From contig NIVC01004149.1 in NCBI GenBank assembly GCA_002269645.1, forward strand, positions 1 through 57,899: a stretch of 57,899 bases of DNA, given 5' to 3'. A model generated the notes under the pieces. The model was not told where the DNA came from. It did not search any database and saw only the letters and a list, made by a program, of their open reading frames with translations. Each line of letters starts with the position of its first letter. The first letter of the stretch is position 1. The translations under genes were made by a program, and so were the position numbers. This document shows positions 15,001 to 24,678 of this stretch, piece by piece. Origin of the DNA: Macrostomum lignano. Lineage: Eukaryota.

Positions 15001-16684
15001 AGCGTCATGTAAAAATCATAGAAGCGTCATGTAAAAATCATAGAAGCGTCATGTAAAAATCATAGAAGCGTCATGTAAAAATCATAGAAGCGTCATGTAA
15101 AAATCATAGAAGCGTCATGTAAAAATCATAGAAGCGTCATGTAAAAATCATAGAAGCGTCATGTAAAAATCATAGAAGCGTCATGTAAAAATCATAGAAG
15201 CGTCATGTAAAAATCATAGAAGCGTCATGTAAAAATCATAGAAGCGTCATGTAAAAATCATAGAAGCGTCATGTAAAAATCATAGAAGCGTCATGTAAAA
15301 ATCATAGAAGCGTCATGTAAAAATCATAGAAGCGTCATGTAAAAATCATAGAAGCGTCATGTAAAAATCATAGAAGCGTCATGTAAAAATCATAGAAGCG
15401 TCATGTAAACAATCATAGAAGCGTCATGTAAAAATCATAGAAGCGTCATGTAAAAATCATAGAAGCGTCATGTAAAAATCATAGAAGCGTCATGTAAAAA
15501 TCATAGAAGCGTCATGTAAAAAATCATAGAAGCGTCATGTAAAAATCATAGAAGCGTCATGTAAAAATCATAGAAGCGTCATGTAAAAATCATAGAAGCG
15601 TCATGTAAAAATCATAGAAGCGTCATGTAAAAATCATAGAAGCGTCATGTAAAAATCATAGAAGCGTCATGTAAAAATCATAGAAGCGTCATGTAAAAAT
15701 CATAGAAGCGTCATGTAAAAATCATAGAAGCGTCATGTAAAAATCATAGAAGCGTCATGTAAAAATCATAGAAGCGTCATGTAAAAATCATAGAAGCGTC
15801 ATGTAAAAATCATAGAAGCGTCATGTAAACAATCATAGAAGCGTCATGTAAACAATCATAGAAGCGTCATGTAAAAATCATAGAAGCGTCATGTAAAAAT
15901 CATAGAAGCGTCATGTAAAAATCATAGAAGCGTCATGTAAAAATCATAGAAGCGTCATGTAAAAATCATAGAAGCGTCATGTAAAAATCATAGAAGCGTC
16001 ATGTAAAAATCATAGAAGCGTCATGTAAAAATCATAGAAGCGTCATGTAAAAATCATAGAAGCGTCATGTAAAAATCATAGAAGCGTCATGTAAAAATCA
16101 TAGAAGCGTCATGTAAAAATCATAGAAGCGTCATGTAAAAATCATAGAAGCGTCATGTAAAAATCATAGAAGCGTCATGTAAAAATCATAGAAGCGTCAT
16201 GTAAAAATCATAGAAGCGTCATGTAAAAATCATAGAAGCGTCATGTAAAAATCATAGAAGCGTCATGTAAAAATCATAGAAGCGTCATGTAAAAATCATA
16301 GAAGCGTCATGTAAAAATCATAGAAGCGTCATGTAAAAATCATAGAAGCGTCATGTAAAAATCATAGAAGCGTCATGTAAAAATCATAGAAGCGTCATGT
16401 AAAAATCATAGAAGCGTCATGTAAAAATCATAGAAGCGTCATGTAAAAATCATAGAAGCGTCATGTAAAAATCATAGAAGCGTCATGTAAAAATCATAGA
16501 AGCGTCATGTAAAAATCATAGAAGCGTCATGTAAAAATCATAGAAGCGTCATGTAAAAATCATAGAAGCGTCATGTAAAAATCATAGAAGCGTCATGTAA
16601 AAATCATAGAAGCGTCATGTAAAAATCATAGAAGCGTCATGTAAAAATCATAGAAGCGTCATGTAAAAATCATAGAAGCGTCAT
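1..16684. repeat. 22-bp tandem satellite, consensus TCATAGAAGCGTCATGTAAAAA, about 760 copies, open at the window start
   Basis: Uninterrupted tandem units. Rare variants are +A or GTAAACAATC. The first ~900 bp are noisier. No spacers. Confidence 0.99.
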
Positions 16685-17164
16685 TCATAGAAAAAAACTA
16701 ATGAAAGTGTCATTTAAAAGAAGCATCATGGTAGAATAAAAGAAGCGTCATGTCAGACATGAAGGGTGTCATGTAAAAATTAAATGCAGCTATAATGCTG
16801 TGCTGGGGAGAAAAACTGAGACGTCAAGGCTCTCAGAGAATAACTGAGATTAGGGGGGGGGGTTTCTGTGATGTCAAAGCAAAAGTCAGAAGCTACTTCA
16901 AAGTTCATGTACTTTACTCAATTTTTTTATTGTATTCTTTGTTGGCTCGCCACTGGGGGGGGGCGCTGATAGAAGAAGAGTCATGTAAAAAATAAAAGTA
17001 GCACTACGTATACATAAAAGAAAAGTCATGTCGAAGTTAAAAGACTTCATTTGGGAATTGCTACGAGTCAAAGCTTGGTGGAAATTGTTATAGTGCTGTG
17101 ATTCTTAAAGAAGGAATCACTAAAATGTCAAGGCTTAGGGGAGAAGAATTGCTGAGATTTCAAG

Positions 17165-17220
17165 GCTTTAGGTTGGGTTAAAGTTAGGTTTAGGTCAGGT
17201 GTGGGTTGAGGGTTAGATTT
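17165..17220 (+). repeat. Degenerate telomere-like tract
   Basis: TTAGGTTGGGTTAAAGTTAGGTTTAGGTCAGGTGTGGGTTGAGGGTTAG, at an equivalent position of the ~500-bp unit to the perfect tract. Confidence 0.55.
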
Positions 17221-17596
17221 TATCGGGTTTCAAGGTTAACAGAATAACAGGGGATTTTTTAGATTTCAAGGTTTATGGGGGCCATCGCTGACATGTTAAG
17301 GTTTACGGGGGGAATAGCTGAGATGTCAAGGCTCACGGGGGTATAAATGAGATTTCAAGGCTAAAGTCAGAAGCTACATGTAGTTTATTGAAAACTTTTT
17401 ATTACATTATTTGATGCCTCCTCAGGGGAGGGATCGCTGATAGAAAAAGCGTAATGTAAAAAATAAAAGAAGCTTCATGTCGAAGTTAAGAGATTCATTT
17501 GGGAATCCCTACGATGTCGAGGCTTGCAGGGAATCGCTATAATGCTGTAGTAGTGCTATAATGACTCTTAGAGAGAATTACTGAAAATTCAATGCT

Positions 17597-17670
17597 TTAG
17601 GGTTAGGTTAGGGTTAGGGTTAGGGTTAGGGTTAGGGTTAGGGTTAGGGTTAGGCTAGGGTTAGGGTTAG
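17597..17670 (+). repeat. Interstitial telomeric repeat (TTAGGG)n, about 12 units
   Basis: Direct reading: mostly perfect TTAGGG with two TTAGG and one CTAGGG variant. Confidence 0.95.
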
Positions 17671-17896
17671 AAAGGTTGACAGATATTTTTAGATTTCCAA
17701 GGCTTATTGGGGGCATTGCTGAGATGTCAAGGGGGGAGTTGATATGTTAAAGCTTGTGGGGGGGGGGAATTACTGACATGTCAAGGCTTACAAGGTTTGA
17801 CAGGAGATTTTTTAAGATTTCAAGGATACATGTAGCTTATTTAAAAAACGTGTATTGCATTTCTTTGGCTCCCCAACGGGGGGCGTAGATTGCTAG

Positions 17897-18297
17897 TAAT
17901 CCACTGACATCCACCCATAGCATATTCGAAACAATAAGAAAATAATCTGCATTCTTCTCGATCAAACAATGAGCGTCATAGACAATTCCAAAGTTTGCGA
18001 TTCGCTCCAACTCAGTGCTCCCATTCGATACACTAAACTCCTTGAACATGTACGCCCAAAAGTTACTGATCAGAGCCACATCCGCATCATGCTTGTCAAC
18101 GTTAGCACGAGCCGCATCCGCACCACCCTTTGTCTTGAATTGAAATGTCATATGGAAGCCGCTCTTAAGACTGTGCACACTAACCAAAGACGAACATCCA
18201 TTGTATGTAAATGTCAGTGTTTGACCAGGACCAAGATTAGTTTCATTCTGATTTTCCTGACTGGGAACTCTTACCTGAGTCGCTTTGATTGTGCTAT
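17897..18297 (-). pseudogene. Polinton relic: TIR-internal fragment fused to a major capsid gene fragment
   Basis: 17897-17959 resembles the TIR interior (~19360-19420, ~28580-28630). 17955-18297 is nearly identical to the MCP segment 21540-21882. The junction shares TTCTC. Confidence 0.9.
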
Positions 18298-18979
18298 TGT
18301 AACGTTTGGTTGTCTCTGGGTTGTCTCGAGGTGGCCTGGCAGGTCTTTGTATCCCACCGCTGCCACCAGTGTAACGTTTGCCCTTTGCTTCGGTCCTATA
18401 GATTTGCCTGAAAATGACCCTAAAACGTTAGCCTTGACTTGGTAGGGTTGCTGCCACCTTGGTGTGCGGACTCGACGTGTCGGCAGAGTTGTCTATCCAT
18501 CACCTGAAATAAAATTAACGAAGACACTCGGAGCAAAGGCCAAATCTGAAAATGTCTCGACAGTCGATCGTCTTAGTTGAATGCTGCTCGGACCTGAAAA
18601 CCTGTAAAACCTGAAATGAGAGAGGAGAGCTCGGAGGCAGAGGCTTCACGAGTTAGCCACAATGCTCCGCGAGACGACGCAGTCTACGAACACGGTCTGG
18701 AGAAAATTGGCTCGCAGATGCTCCGTATTTATAGACGAGCAGACCCCCAAAAGTCACGTGAGTTTCATGCGGTGAGCGCGTGAAACTTCCTTATTTGGGC
18801 ATTAAAATCATGCGAACGACGCGTGATTCAAGGATAACTTCCAAATAAGGCAATCCTGTCACGCATCAGTGGCGTGACTCAAGGTCAGTGGCCGCGCACA
18901 GCATGCGTGCACAGTCACGTGCTTTTCTGTGCTAAAAATAGAACTTGGGCGGATGAGTCATCCTGTTTACTACCTCTGG
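18298..18979 (-). mobile_element. Possible truncated LTR (or promoter fragment) on the minus strand
   Basis: Minus strand ends ...AAACGTTACA, a typical LTR end. It has a TATA box and upstream enhancer motifs, and abuts the Polinton relic and the Polinton A terminus. No second LTR is seen. Confidence 0.4.
18726..18960 (-). promoter_or_regulatory. Pol II promoter/enhancer motif cluster: TATA, 2 CArG, 2 E-box, 2 AP-1, MEF2, GC box
   Basis: TATAAATA (minus) 18726-33; CACGTG 18755 and 18916; CCTTATTTGG 18789; CCAAATAAGG 18841; TGACTCA 18875; CTAAAAATAG 18932; GGGCGG 18947; TGAGTCA 18954. Confidence 0.6.
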
Positions 18980-19758
18980 AGTAGAAGGCATGAGGGGGCT
19001 TCTGGGACAAAATTTTTCACCTCCTCCATAATCCACCTAAATCCATCCATATTATCCCTGACAGAATCAGAAAAAAAGGGGGGTCGCACTCGCTAACAAA
19101 ACGTCCTCCATAATCCACCTAAATCCTTCCATATTATCCCTGACAGAATAAGAAAAAAAAGGGGGGTCGCACCCGCTCACAAAACGTCCTCCATAATCCC
19201 ATTAAATCCATCCATATTATCCCCGAAAGAATCATGAAAAAGGGGAGGGGCCGCACTTGCTCCGAAAACTTTAATCCCATTAAATCCATCCATATTATGA
19301 CTGACAGAATATGGGAATATGGGTCCACTGATACCTGTTATGCTCACTGACACAGACATAATCCACTGACATCCATCCATAGCATCTTCGAAACAATCAG
19401 AAAAAAATATGCATTCTTCTCCCCACATTCAATTCGCAACATGAAACCAGATCCCTAAAACTTTAAACCCCCTAACCCAGGGTCCTTACCCTTTGAAAAA
19501 AAAATTAAATTTTCTCTAAAAATGTTTCCAGTTGTCTCTCCAGGTTCTTATTACAAAGCGCACGAGCCTAATTACAAGAGTAAGTACCGATGCAAACTAG
19601 AATGCAGCGAGTACATGAGAAAATATTGGCCCGACGTTGATATCAATGTCCCTAATATTAATCTAGCTCTCCAAAGACACTGGTTTCATAAGTATGGAGT
19701 AACCTACGTAAAAGATTACGACAGCTACTATAACTTTGCAGAAATCATTAGGCAATTG
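18980..19758 (+). repeat. Left terminal inverted repeat of Polinton A (~780 bp) with internal ~82-bp tandem units
   Basis: Reverse complement of 43432-44183. CCTCCATAATCC recurs at 19023, 19105 and 19188. Confidence 0.88.
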
Positions 19759-19761
19759 TGA
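19522..19761 (+). CDS. Small TIR-embedded ORF (79 aa), function unknown
   Basis: Open in both left TIRs (also 28729-28968) despite nucleotide divergence, and present in the right TIR. It has an A-rich ATG context. Confidence 0.6.
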   Translation: MFPVVSPGSYYKAHEPNYKSKYRCKLECSEYMRKYWPDVDINVPNINLALQRHWFHKYGVTYVKDYDSYYNFAEIIRQL

Positions 19762-19765
19762 TTTC

Positions 19766-20629
19766 TCACATTCTCTCAATGATTAACGTCAATACAAACT
19801 CTTCCCCATTAAAATCAACGCCCATCCCATCTTCAGTCTCAAACTGAAGCACAATCTCGTGAATCTCCTTATTACTCAATACAACTCTTTTCACTGGATT
19901 TGGTTTCTCTACCACCATCTGTCCTCCAGCTACAGAGTTGGAGATGTTGTACAAAATATTAGTTCGCTTTCCCTTAAATACCCAATCAAGACTGAGATTA
20001 GTTCTGATTAGAATATTCAAACCCTTTACAATGTCTGCTATATTGGGTGCTAAGAACAAACCGCGTACACTTTCCCGGGCCATGCTAACGGCCCCCGATG
20101 CTTGAGTGACAGTCCGCGCTGTGGATTCTGCCTTATAAACTTTCTTCACGAATCCCAATTCCCTATACCAAGTGTCATCTTTAAACTCAACCTCCGCATC
20201 TTTGTGAACTTGCATGACCACTCTCATTACAGTGAGATCATAGGTTAGTTTAACAGGGAACAGTTTCTTCTCTGGCTTACTCATATCAGGTGTCTCAAAA
20301 TGGCCTCTTTTAGTAAAGACGTTTTCTAGAAAGTAATTGTAGGTATCCACACTTTGCGTGCTCACAGGGAATACCACAGGTTCTGCTGCTGCACCTTTCC
20401 ATTTGTAATAAAACTTATTATTTGCTGCCGTCACATTGGGAACGTTTGACCAACCAGTGAAGTCGTTAAGATAGACATGGTAATTAGCACCTGGATCCAG
20501 GCTAATCGCCTGCTCTAATTTTTGAACAAATATCCCGTTTGAGTCATTAATCCGCCCAGTTATTGTAATAGGAATGCTCTCCTTGGAGTGCGAAATAATA
20601 TTGTTTAGTCTTTCGGCTATAGCTTCCAT
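19766..20629 (-). CDS. Polinton minor capsid (penton-like, single jelly-roll) protein
   Basis: ~287-aa beta-rich ORF next to the MCP, with a C-terminal ...IVLQFETEDGMGVDFNGEEFVLTLII typical of Polinton minor capsids. The ATG is at 20629 (the track used a non-ATG start). Confidence 0.7.
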   Translation of the reverse strand: MEAIAERLNNIISHSKESIPITITGRINDSNGIFVQKLEQAISLDPGANYHVYLNDFTGWSNVPNVTAANNKFYYKWKGAAAEPVVFPVSTQSVDTYNYFLENVFTKRGHFETPDMSKPEKKLFPVKLTYDLTVMRVVMQVHKDAEVEFKDDTWYRELGFVKKVYKAESTARTVTQASGAVSMARESVRGLFLAPNIADIVKGLNILIRTNLSLDWVFKGKRTNILYNISNSVAGGQMVVEKPNPVKRVVLSNKEIHEIVLQFETEDGMGVDFNGEEFVLTLIIERM

Positions 20630-20654
20630 TTTTTTCACCCACAAAAAAAAATAT

Positions 20655-21940
20655 TTAAACTTTACTGGATGAATTGTTGATCATGTTAAGCTTCACCTTC
20701 CTCTCAAATGCATAGATAATGTACAGGTCCACGGGTGTTGCGACAGTCCTCTCAATGTTAGTCACGATATTCACAGGGCTGTTATCAGTAGGCATTTGTC
20801 TGGCAGACACATCAGCGCCAAACATTGGATATAGAGTTCCATATTGAAGAGCAGTGATAGCAATTCCATTGTTCTCTTTCACAGCCAAGTCGACCAACTC
20901 GCTGTAAAATTTGCTAATCTTGTTCTGACTGAAATCTCCATTTTGTGGCAGTGCAGGGTAAAGATTATCACTGATTTCATGCTGAATGGACCGCACGTCT
21001 CCATGCATGTAGCGTATAATGCTATTTGGGTTTCTCATGTTAATAATAATATACCGTGGATTGCTGCATGATCCCTCTTTAATGCAGATGTTTGTTCTAG
21101 TTTCGTTTCGCTCATCTCGACACATGTAGGCCGTGTATGCAACATCAATGTCCTTCTCTATTGCCTTAAGATAATCCGCTTTTAGTGCAGTCTTTGGCTC
21201 AATGACTTCCAAATACAGCTCGATTCCGGTTAGCTTCACCTCCATCCTTGTGTGATCCGCCCCAGTCCACAACACTCTACTGCGATCATCTCTAGTCATC
21301 CTAAAGGTGTAGCTAAAGTTACTAGTCAGTCGATTAAATGTATTACAGAATCCACTCATGAATCTCAGTGGTACAAATACATCAACAGACCGATACAGCG
21401 GGTTTTTAGCAGCATCATCAGCACCTTGCAATGCATAGTTGTATCTCTTCTTCCTCTTTTTATAGCCACTGTCATTGTGTCTCCTTCTTTTTCATCTGCG
21501 ATAAAACCCGCACCACTTCCCAACTGAATAAAATCAGGATTCTCGATCAAACAATGAGCGTCATAGACAATTCCAAAGTTGGCGATTCGCTCCAACTCAG
21601 TGCTCCCATTCGATACACTAAACTCCTTGAACATGTACGCCCAAAAGTTACTGATCAGAGCCACATCCGCATCATGCTTGTCAACGTTAGCACGAGCCGC
21701 ATCCGCACCACCCTTTGTCTTGAATTGAAATGTCATATGGAAGCCGCTCTTAAGACTGTGCACACTAACCAAAGACGAACATCCATTGTATGTAAATGTC
21801 AGTGTTTGGCCAGGACCAAGATTAGTTTCATTCTGATTTTCCTGACTGGGAACTCTTACCTGAGTCGCTTTGATTGTGCTATCATCACTCAAAATAGGCT
21901 TGTTAATTTTGTAGAAAACTGGTGTCAGTGGGTCGTTCAT
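20655..21940 (-). CDS. Polinton major capsid protein (double jelly-roll), one 1-nt frameshift near 21477
   Basis: The two ORFs join into ~428 aa; copy B is continuous across this site. Beta-rich, with VFVPLRFMSGFC, KLTGIELYL and YPMFGADVS segments. Size and position fit an MCP. Confidence 0.75.
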
Positions 21941-21970
21941 TTTTTAACTAAAAATAAAATAAAATAAGAA

Positions 21971-23184
21971 ATGAAGCGAAAAAGTACACAGCAGATATCT
22001 GAATTGGAGAAGCTAGCACAAGCAGAGAAACGAGTTACCGGGCTAATAAATAAGGAGCAACAATCCTACAATGAGTTTGTCCAAGCAGCCACAGAGTTTC
22101 ATAAGCCCGGGTATGGAGAAGCTAAGAAAAATATTGATCAGGTCAAAGAAACTATCGACGACATACAGGAAACCCAAGTGCAAAAGGTTTTGGGCAAAAT
22201 TCCAGAAGCACCACAGATACAGCCGCAACCACAACAACCACAACCACAACAGCAACTAAAAGTGACAGATAACATTTTTGGACCAGTAGAGCGTGTCGAA
22301 CATGATGGGAAATATGTATTTGGAATAAGTATGTGGAGAAAAAACATTTATAATGAACCAGTGGAATATTATATCGACATAAATAAGGAAAATATTTCTG
22401 TTGTCAAAGGCTAGAAGCTATGAAAATTCCTTTCACAGACGCCTTACTGACTTTTATGACCAAGAACCAAGAGAGAATCTCGGACAAGCAGCTAAAGAAC
22501 TACAGAGATCTAGTGACTTTTGCTCTTGCTAGAGATATAGAAATACTAAAGGCCCCAGAAGTCCTGAGACTTATGTATGATAACGGTGTCAACCTGACTA
22601 AATTCAAAAAGTACAAGCACTTTAAACAATGGTTTGGTTTGCCAGATCAGGGGGAAGTCATTGATCAGATGAAATATCTAGAACAACAGCAACAGCAACC
22701 ACAACAACAACAACGACCGCCACAACAGCAGCAACATTTCACAGAAGAACAAGTACTCAGTCAACTCGAGCAGTTAGACCCTTTGAAAGTAGCTGAATAT
22801 AAGAAACAAAACCCAACAGACTGGCAACGCTTAGAACAACACTCTCCAGATCGAATGAACAGAATCAATCAAAGAGTTTTCACACCTCAACAAAGACAGG
22901 CACCACATGACAGTTCCATCTCTGAAAGTGAGCAGTCTTTTGCATCACCTCCCCAGCAGCTACAAGCCCAACCAACTCCACAACCCCAAGACCAACCGCC
23001 CTCAACTGGAAAAGGAATTTCTGAAATCTACAAGCGAGTAGCGGTTCTTCTAGGAGCGGCAAAGACCGGAATGAAAGATGAAAATAGAAAAGAATTTGTC
23101 AACATCCTCAATAAAATGCTTGAGAGAAAATACATCGATAAGAGGGCGAGAGAGCTTCTGCTTTCGCGGTTCAACAAAAAATAA
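21971..23184 (+). CDS. Gln-rich Polinton protein (~404 aa), split by a 1-nt frameshift near 22410
   Basis: Copy B reads through here (GTCAAAGGTTTAGAAGCT versus GTCAAAGGCTAGAAGCT). The C-terminal helical domain is RVAVLLGAAKTG...EFVNILNKMLERKYI. Confidence 0.7.
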
Positions 23185-23201
23185 ATATCTATTTAAAAAA
23201 G

Positions 23202-23591
23202 ATGCCAATTATTTTCGAAAAAGACATTGACAAATACTATGACAAAGAGGAACTTAATCTTATTAAACGCGGATCTGGACTTTTCCCTGCAGGCCACTAT
23301 CCAAGAAAAGAGCGCTCCGGGAATGGCCTTGCCGATTTGATCGCTCAGGGGGCTAAGATTTTTAAGGTCATTGGAGAGAACAAAGAGAACATCAAGAACG
23401 TTGCCGAAGCGGCTGGCAGTGTAGCCACAGCAGCCAAAAAGATAAAGGATACTGTAACACCTAAACAAGAGATTCAACCTCCACTGGCCCCGCTGGCCCC
23501 GCTGGCCCCAAACCCAGACAGTGTGGACCCTGCAGTCTATGAGAAGATGAGAGCAAGCATTAAAAAAGGAAGTGGTTTCAAATTTGACTGA
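23202..23591 (+). CDS. Small basic/amphipathic putative virion protein with repeated G-x-G motifs
   Basis: 129-aa ORF conserved in copy B, with KRGSGL, RSGNGL and KKGSGF motifs and an amphipathic helix. Confidence 0.6.
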   Translation: MPIIFEKDIDKYYDKEELNLIKRGSGLFPAGHYPRKERSGNGLADLIAQGAKIFKVIGENKENIKNVAEAAGSVATAAKKIKDTVTPKQEIQPPLAPLAPLAPNPDSVDPAVYEKMRASIKKGSGFKFD

Positions 23592-23640
23592 GGGTACTTT
23601 CCGAGGGTACAAGAAATGTAAAGGTACAAGACTAGTCTCA

Positions 23641-23820
23641 AAATGACACATCTAAGTCCCAAAATGACACATCTAAGTCCCAAAATGACACATCTAAGTC
23701 CCAAAATGACACATCTAAGTCCCAAAATAACACATCCAAGTCCCAAAATGACACATCTAAGTCCCAAAATGACACATCTAAGTCCCAAAATGACACATCT
23801 AAGTCCCGAAATGACACATC
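23641..23820. repeat. 21-bp VNTR (AAATGACACATCTAAGTCCCA), about 8 copies
   Basis: Direct tandem repeat; about 4 copies at the matching site in copy B. Confidence 0.95.
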
Positions 23821-23861
23821 TACATTATTTATTATTTAAATTTTTTTTCATCATAGAAAAA

Positions 23862-24662
23862 ATGGACTTTTCAAACGACTTCAATCCTCACTGGACACGT
23901 AATCAGATTAAGTTTTCTCATCATGAGTCAATCCCAAGTCACTTCAGATGCATTGTTGTTGGTTCATCAGGTTCAGGTAAAACATTCAGAGTCTTTAACA
24001 TGCTTCTTAGACCTGGCTTTATCGACTATGACACTCTGCACATCTACTCTCCCACACTGTATCAAGATGAGTATAAAATGCTGATTTCTGGATTGCAAAA
24101 CAAACTGAACAAAGAGGACATTATTCAATGTTTTAATAACCAGCAAATCCTTCCCAGTAACCCTGAAATTGTAGCTGCCGAATATGCAAAGCACCTCAAA
24201 GACAATGAAAAATGGCAGAACATTAAAGTGTTCACCTATGGAGATCCACAGGCTGATCCAAAGACCAAACTTCTACCCCAACCAGATGAGCTAGAAAAGG
24301 GGAGAAAGCATTTGATCGTCTTTGATGATTGTATGACAGGCCCACAGAAGCAGATAGAAAACTATTTTACAAGAGGGCGACATAACAATTGTAATGTAAT
24401 TTACATTGCACAGAACTGGTTCGAGCTCCCGAACAAAACAATTCGTGGGAACTGCAATCTGATTCTCCTGTTTCCAACCATTCCACAGGACAGGTTAAAA
24501 AGATTTTACAATGAGGTCATTGCGCCTGCCTATTTCATAAATCCAACAAAAAACTCAAGCAGAAAGATTTCACAAGAGGAATTCGTTAATCTTTGCTATG
24601 ACAAGTGGAATCAGCCTTACCAGTTTGTGATTATCAGCAAAGAAAAAAGAACTGTAATTTAA
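23862..24662 (+). CDS. A32/FtsK-like genome packaging ATPase
   Basis: Walker A GSSGSGKT, Walker B LIVFDDC, and the FTRGRHNNCNVIYIAQ motif (A32-type R-H and Q). The likely start is ATG 23862 (MDFSNDF). Confidence 0.93.
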   Translation: MDFSNDFNPHWTRNQIKFSHHESIPSHFRCIVVGSSGSGKTFRVFNMLLRPGFIDYDTLHIYSPTLYQDEYKMLISGLQNKLNKEDIIQCFNNQQILPSNPEIVAAEYAKHLKDNEKWQNIKVFTYGDPQADPKTKLLPQPDELEKGRKHLIVFDDCMTGPQKQIENYFTRGRHNNCNVIYIAQNWFELPNKTIRGNCNLILLFPTIPQDRLKRFYNEVIAPAYFINPTKNSSRKISQEEFVNLCYDKWNQPYQFVIISKEKRTVI

Positions 24663-24678
24663 AATTTGCTATTAAAAG

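Larger units (their letters stand above)
16685..17896. repeat. Diverged subtelomere-like repeat block, 2-3 copies of a ~500-bp unit with GAGAT(T/G)TCAAGGCT sub-repeats
   Basis: Similar segments recur at ~16870-17110 and ~17350-17580 (AAAGTCAGAAGCTAC...GCTGATAGAA...ATGTAAAAAATAAAAG...CATGTCGAAGTTAA...CATTTGGGAAT), with a partial third copy near 17810-17890. Confidence 0.7.

Noticed and set aside
1-16684. CRISPR array or coding repeat
   Set aside because: No unique spacers and no cas genes; the context is eukaryotic. The 22-bp unit contains stop codons and cycles through all frames.
1-16684. Satellite as a non-canonical telomere
   Set aside because: TTAGGG is present nearby as the probable telomere motif, and nothing in the window shows that position 1 is a chromosome end.
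16795-16995. 66-aa ORF in the subtelomere-like block
   Set aside because: It lies in degenerate repeat DNA with G-runs and has no coding signature.
23643-23861. MTHLSPK-repeat N-terminus as a true part of the ATPase
   Set aside because: It is VNTR-derived and of variable length. ATG 23862 has the element's typical A-run context. Kept only as a low-interest finding.
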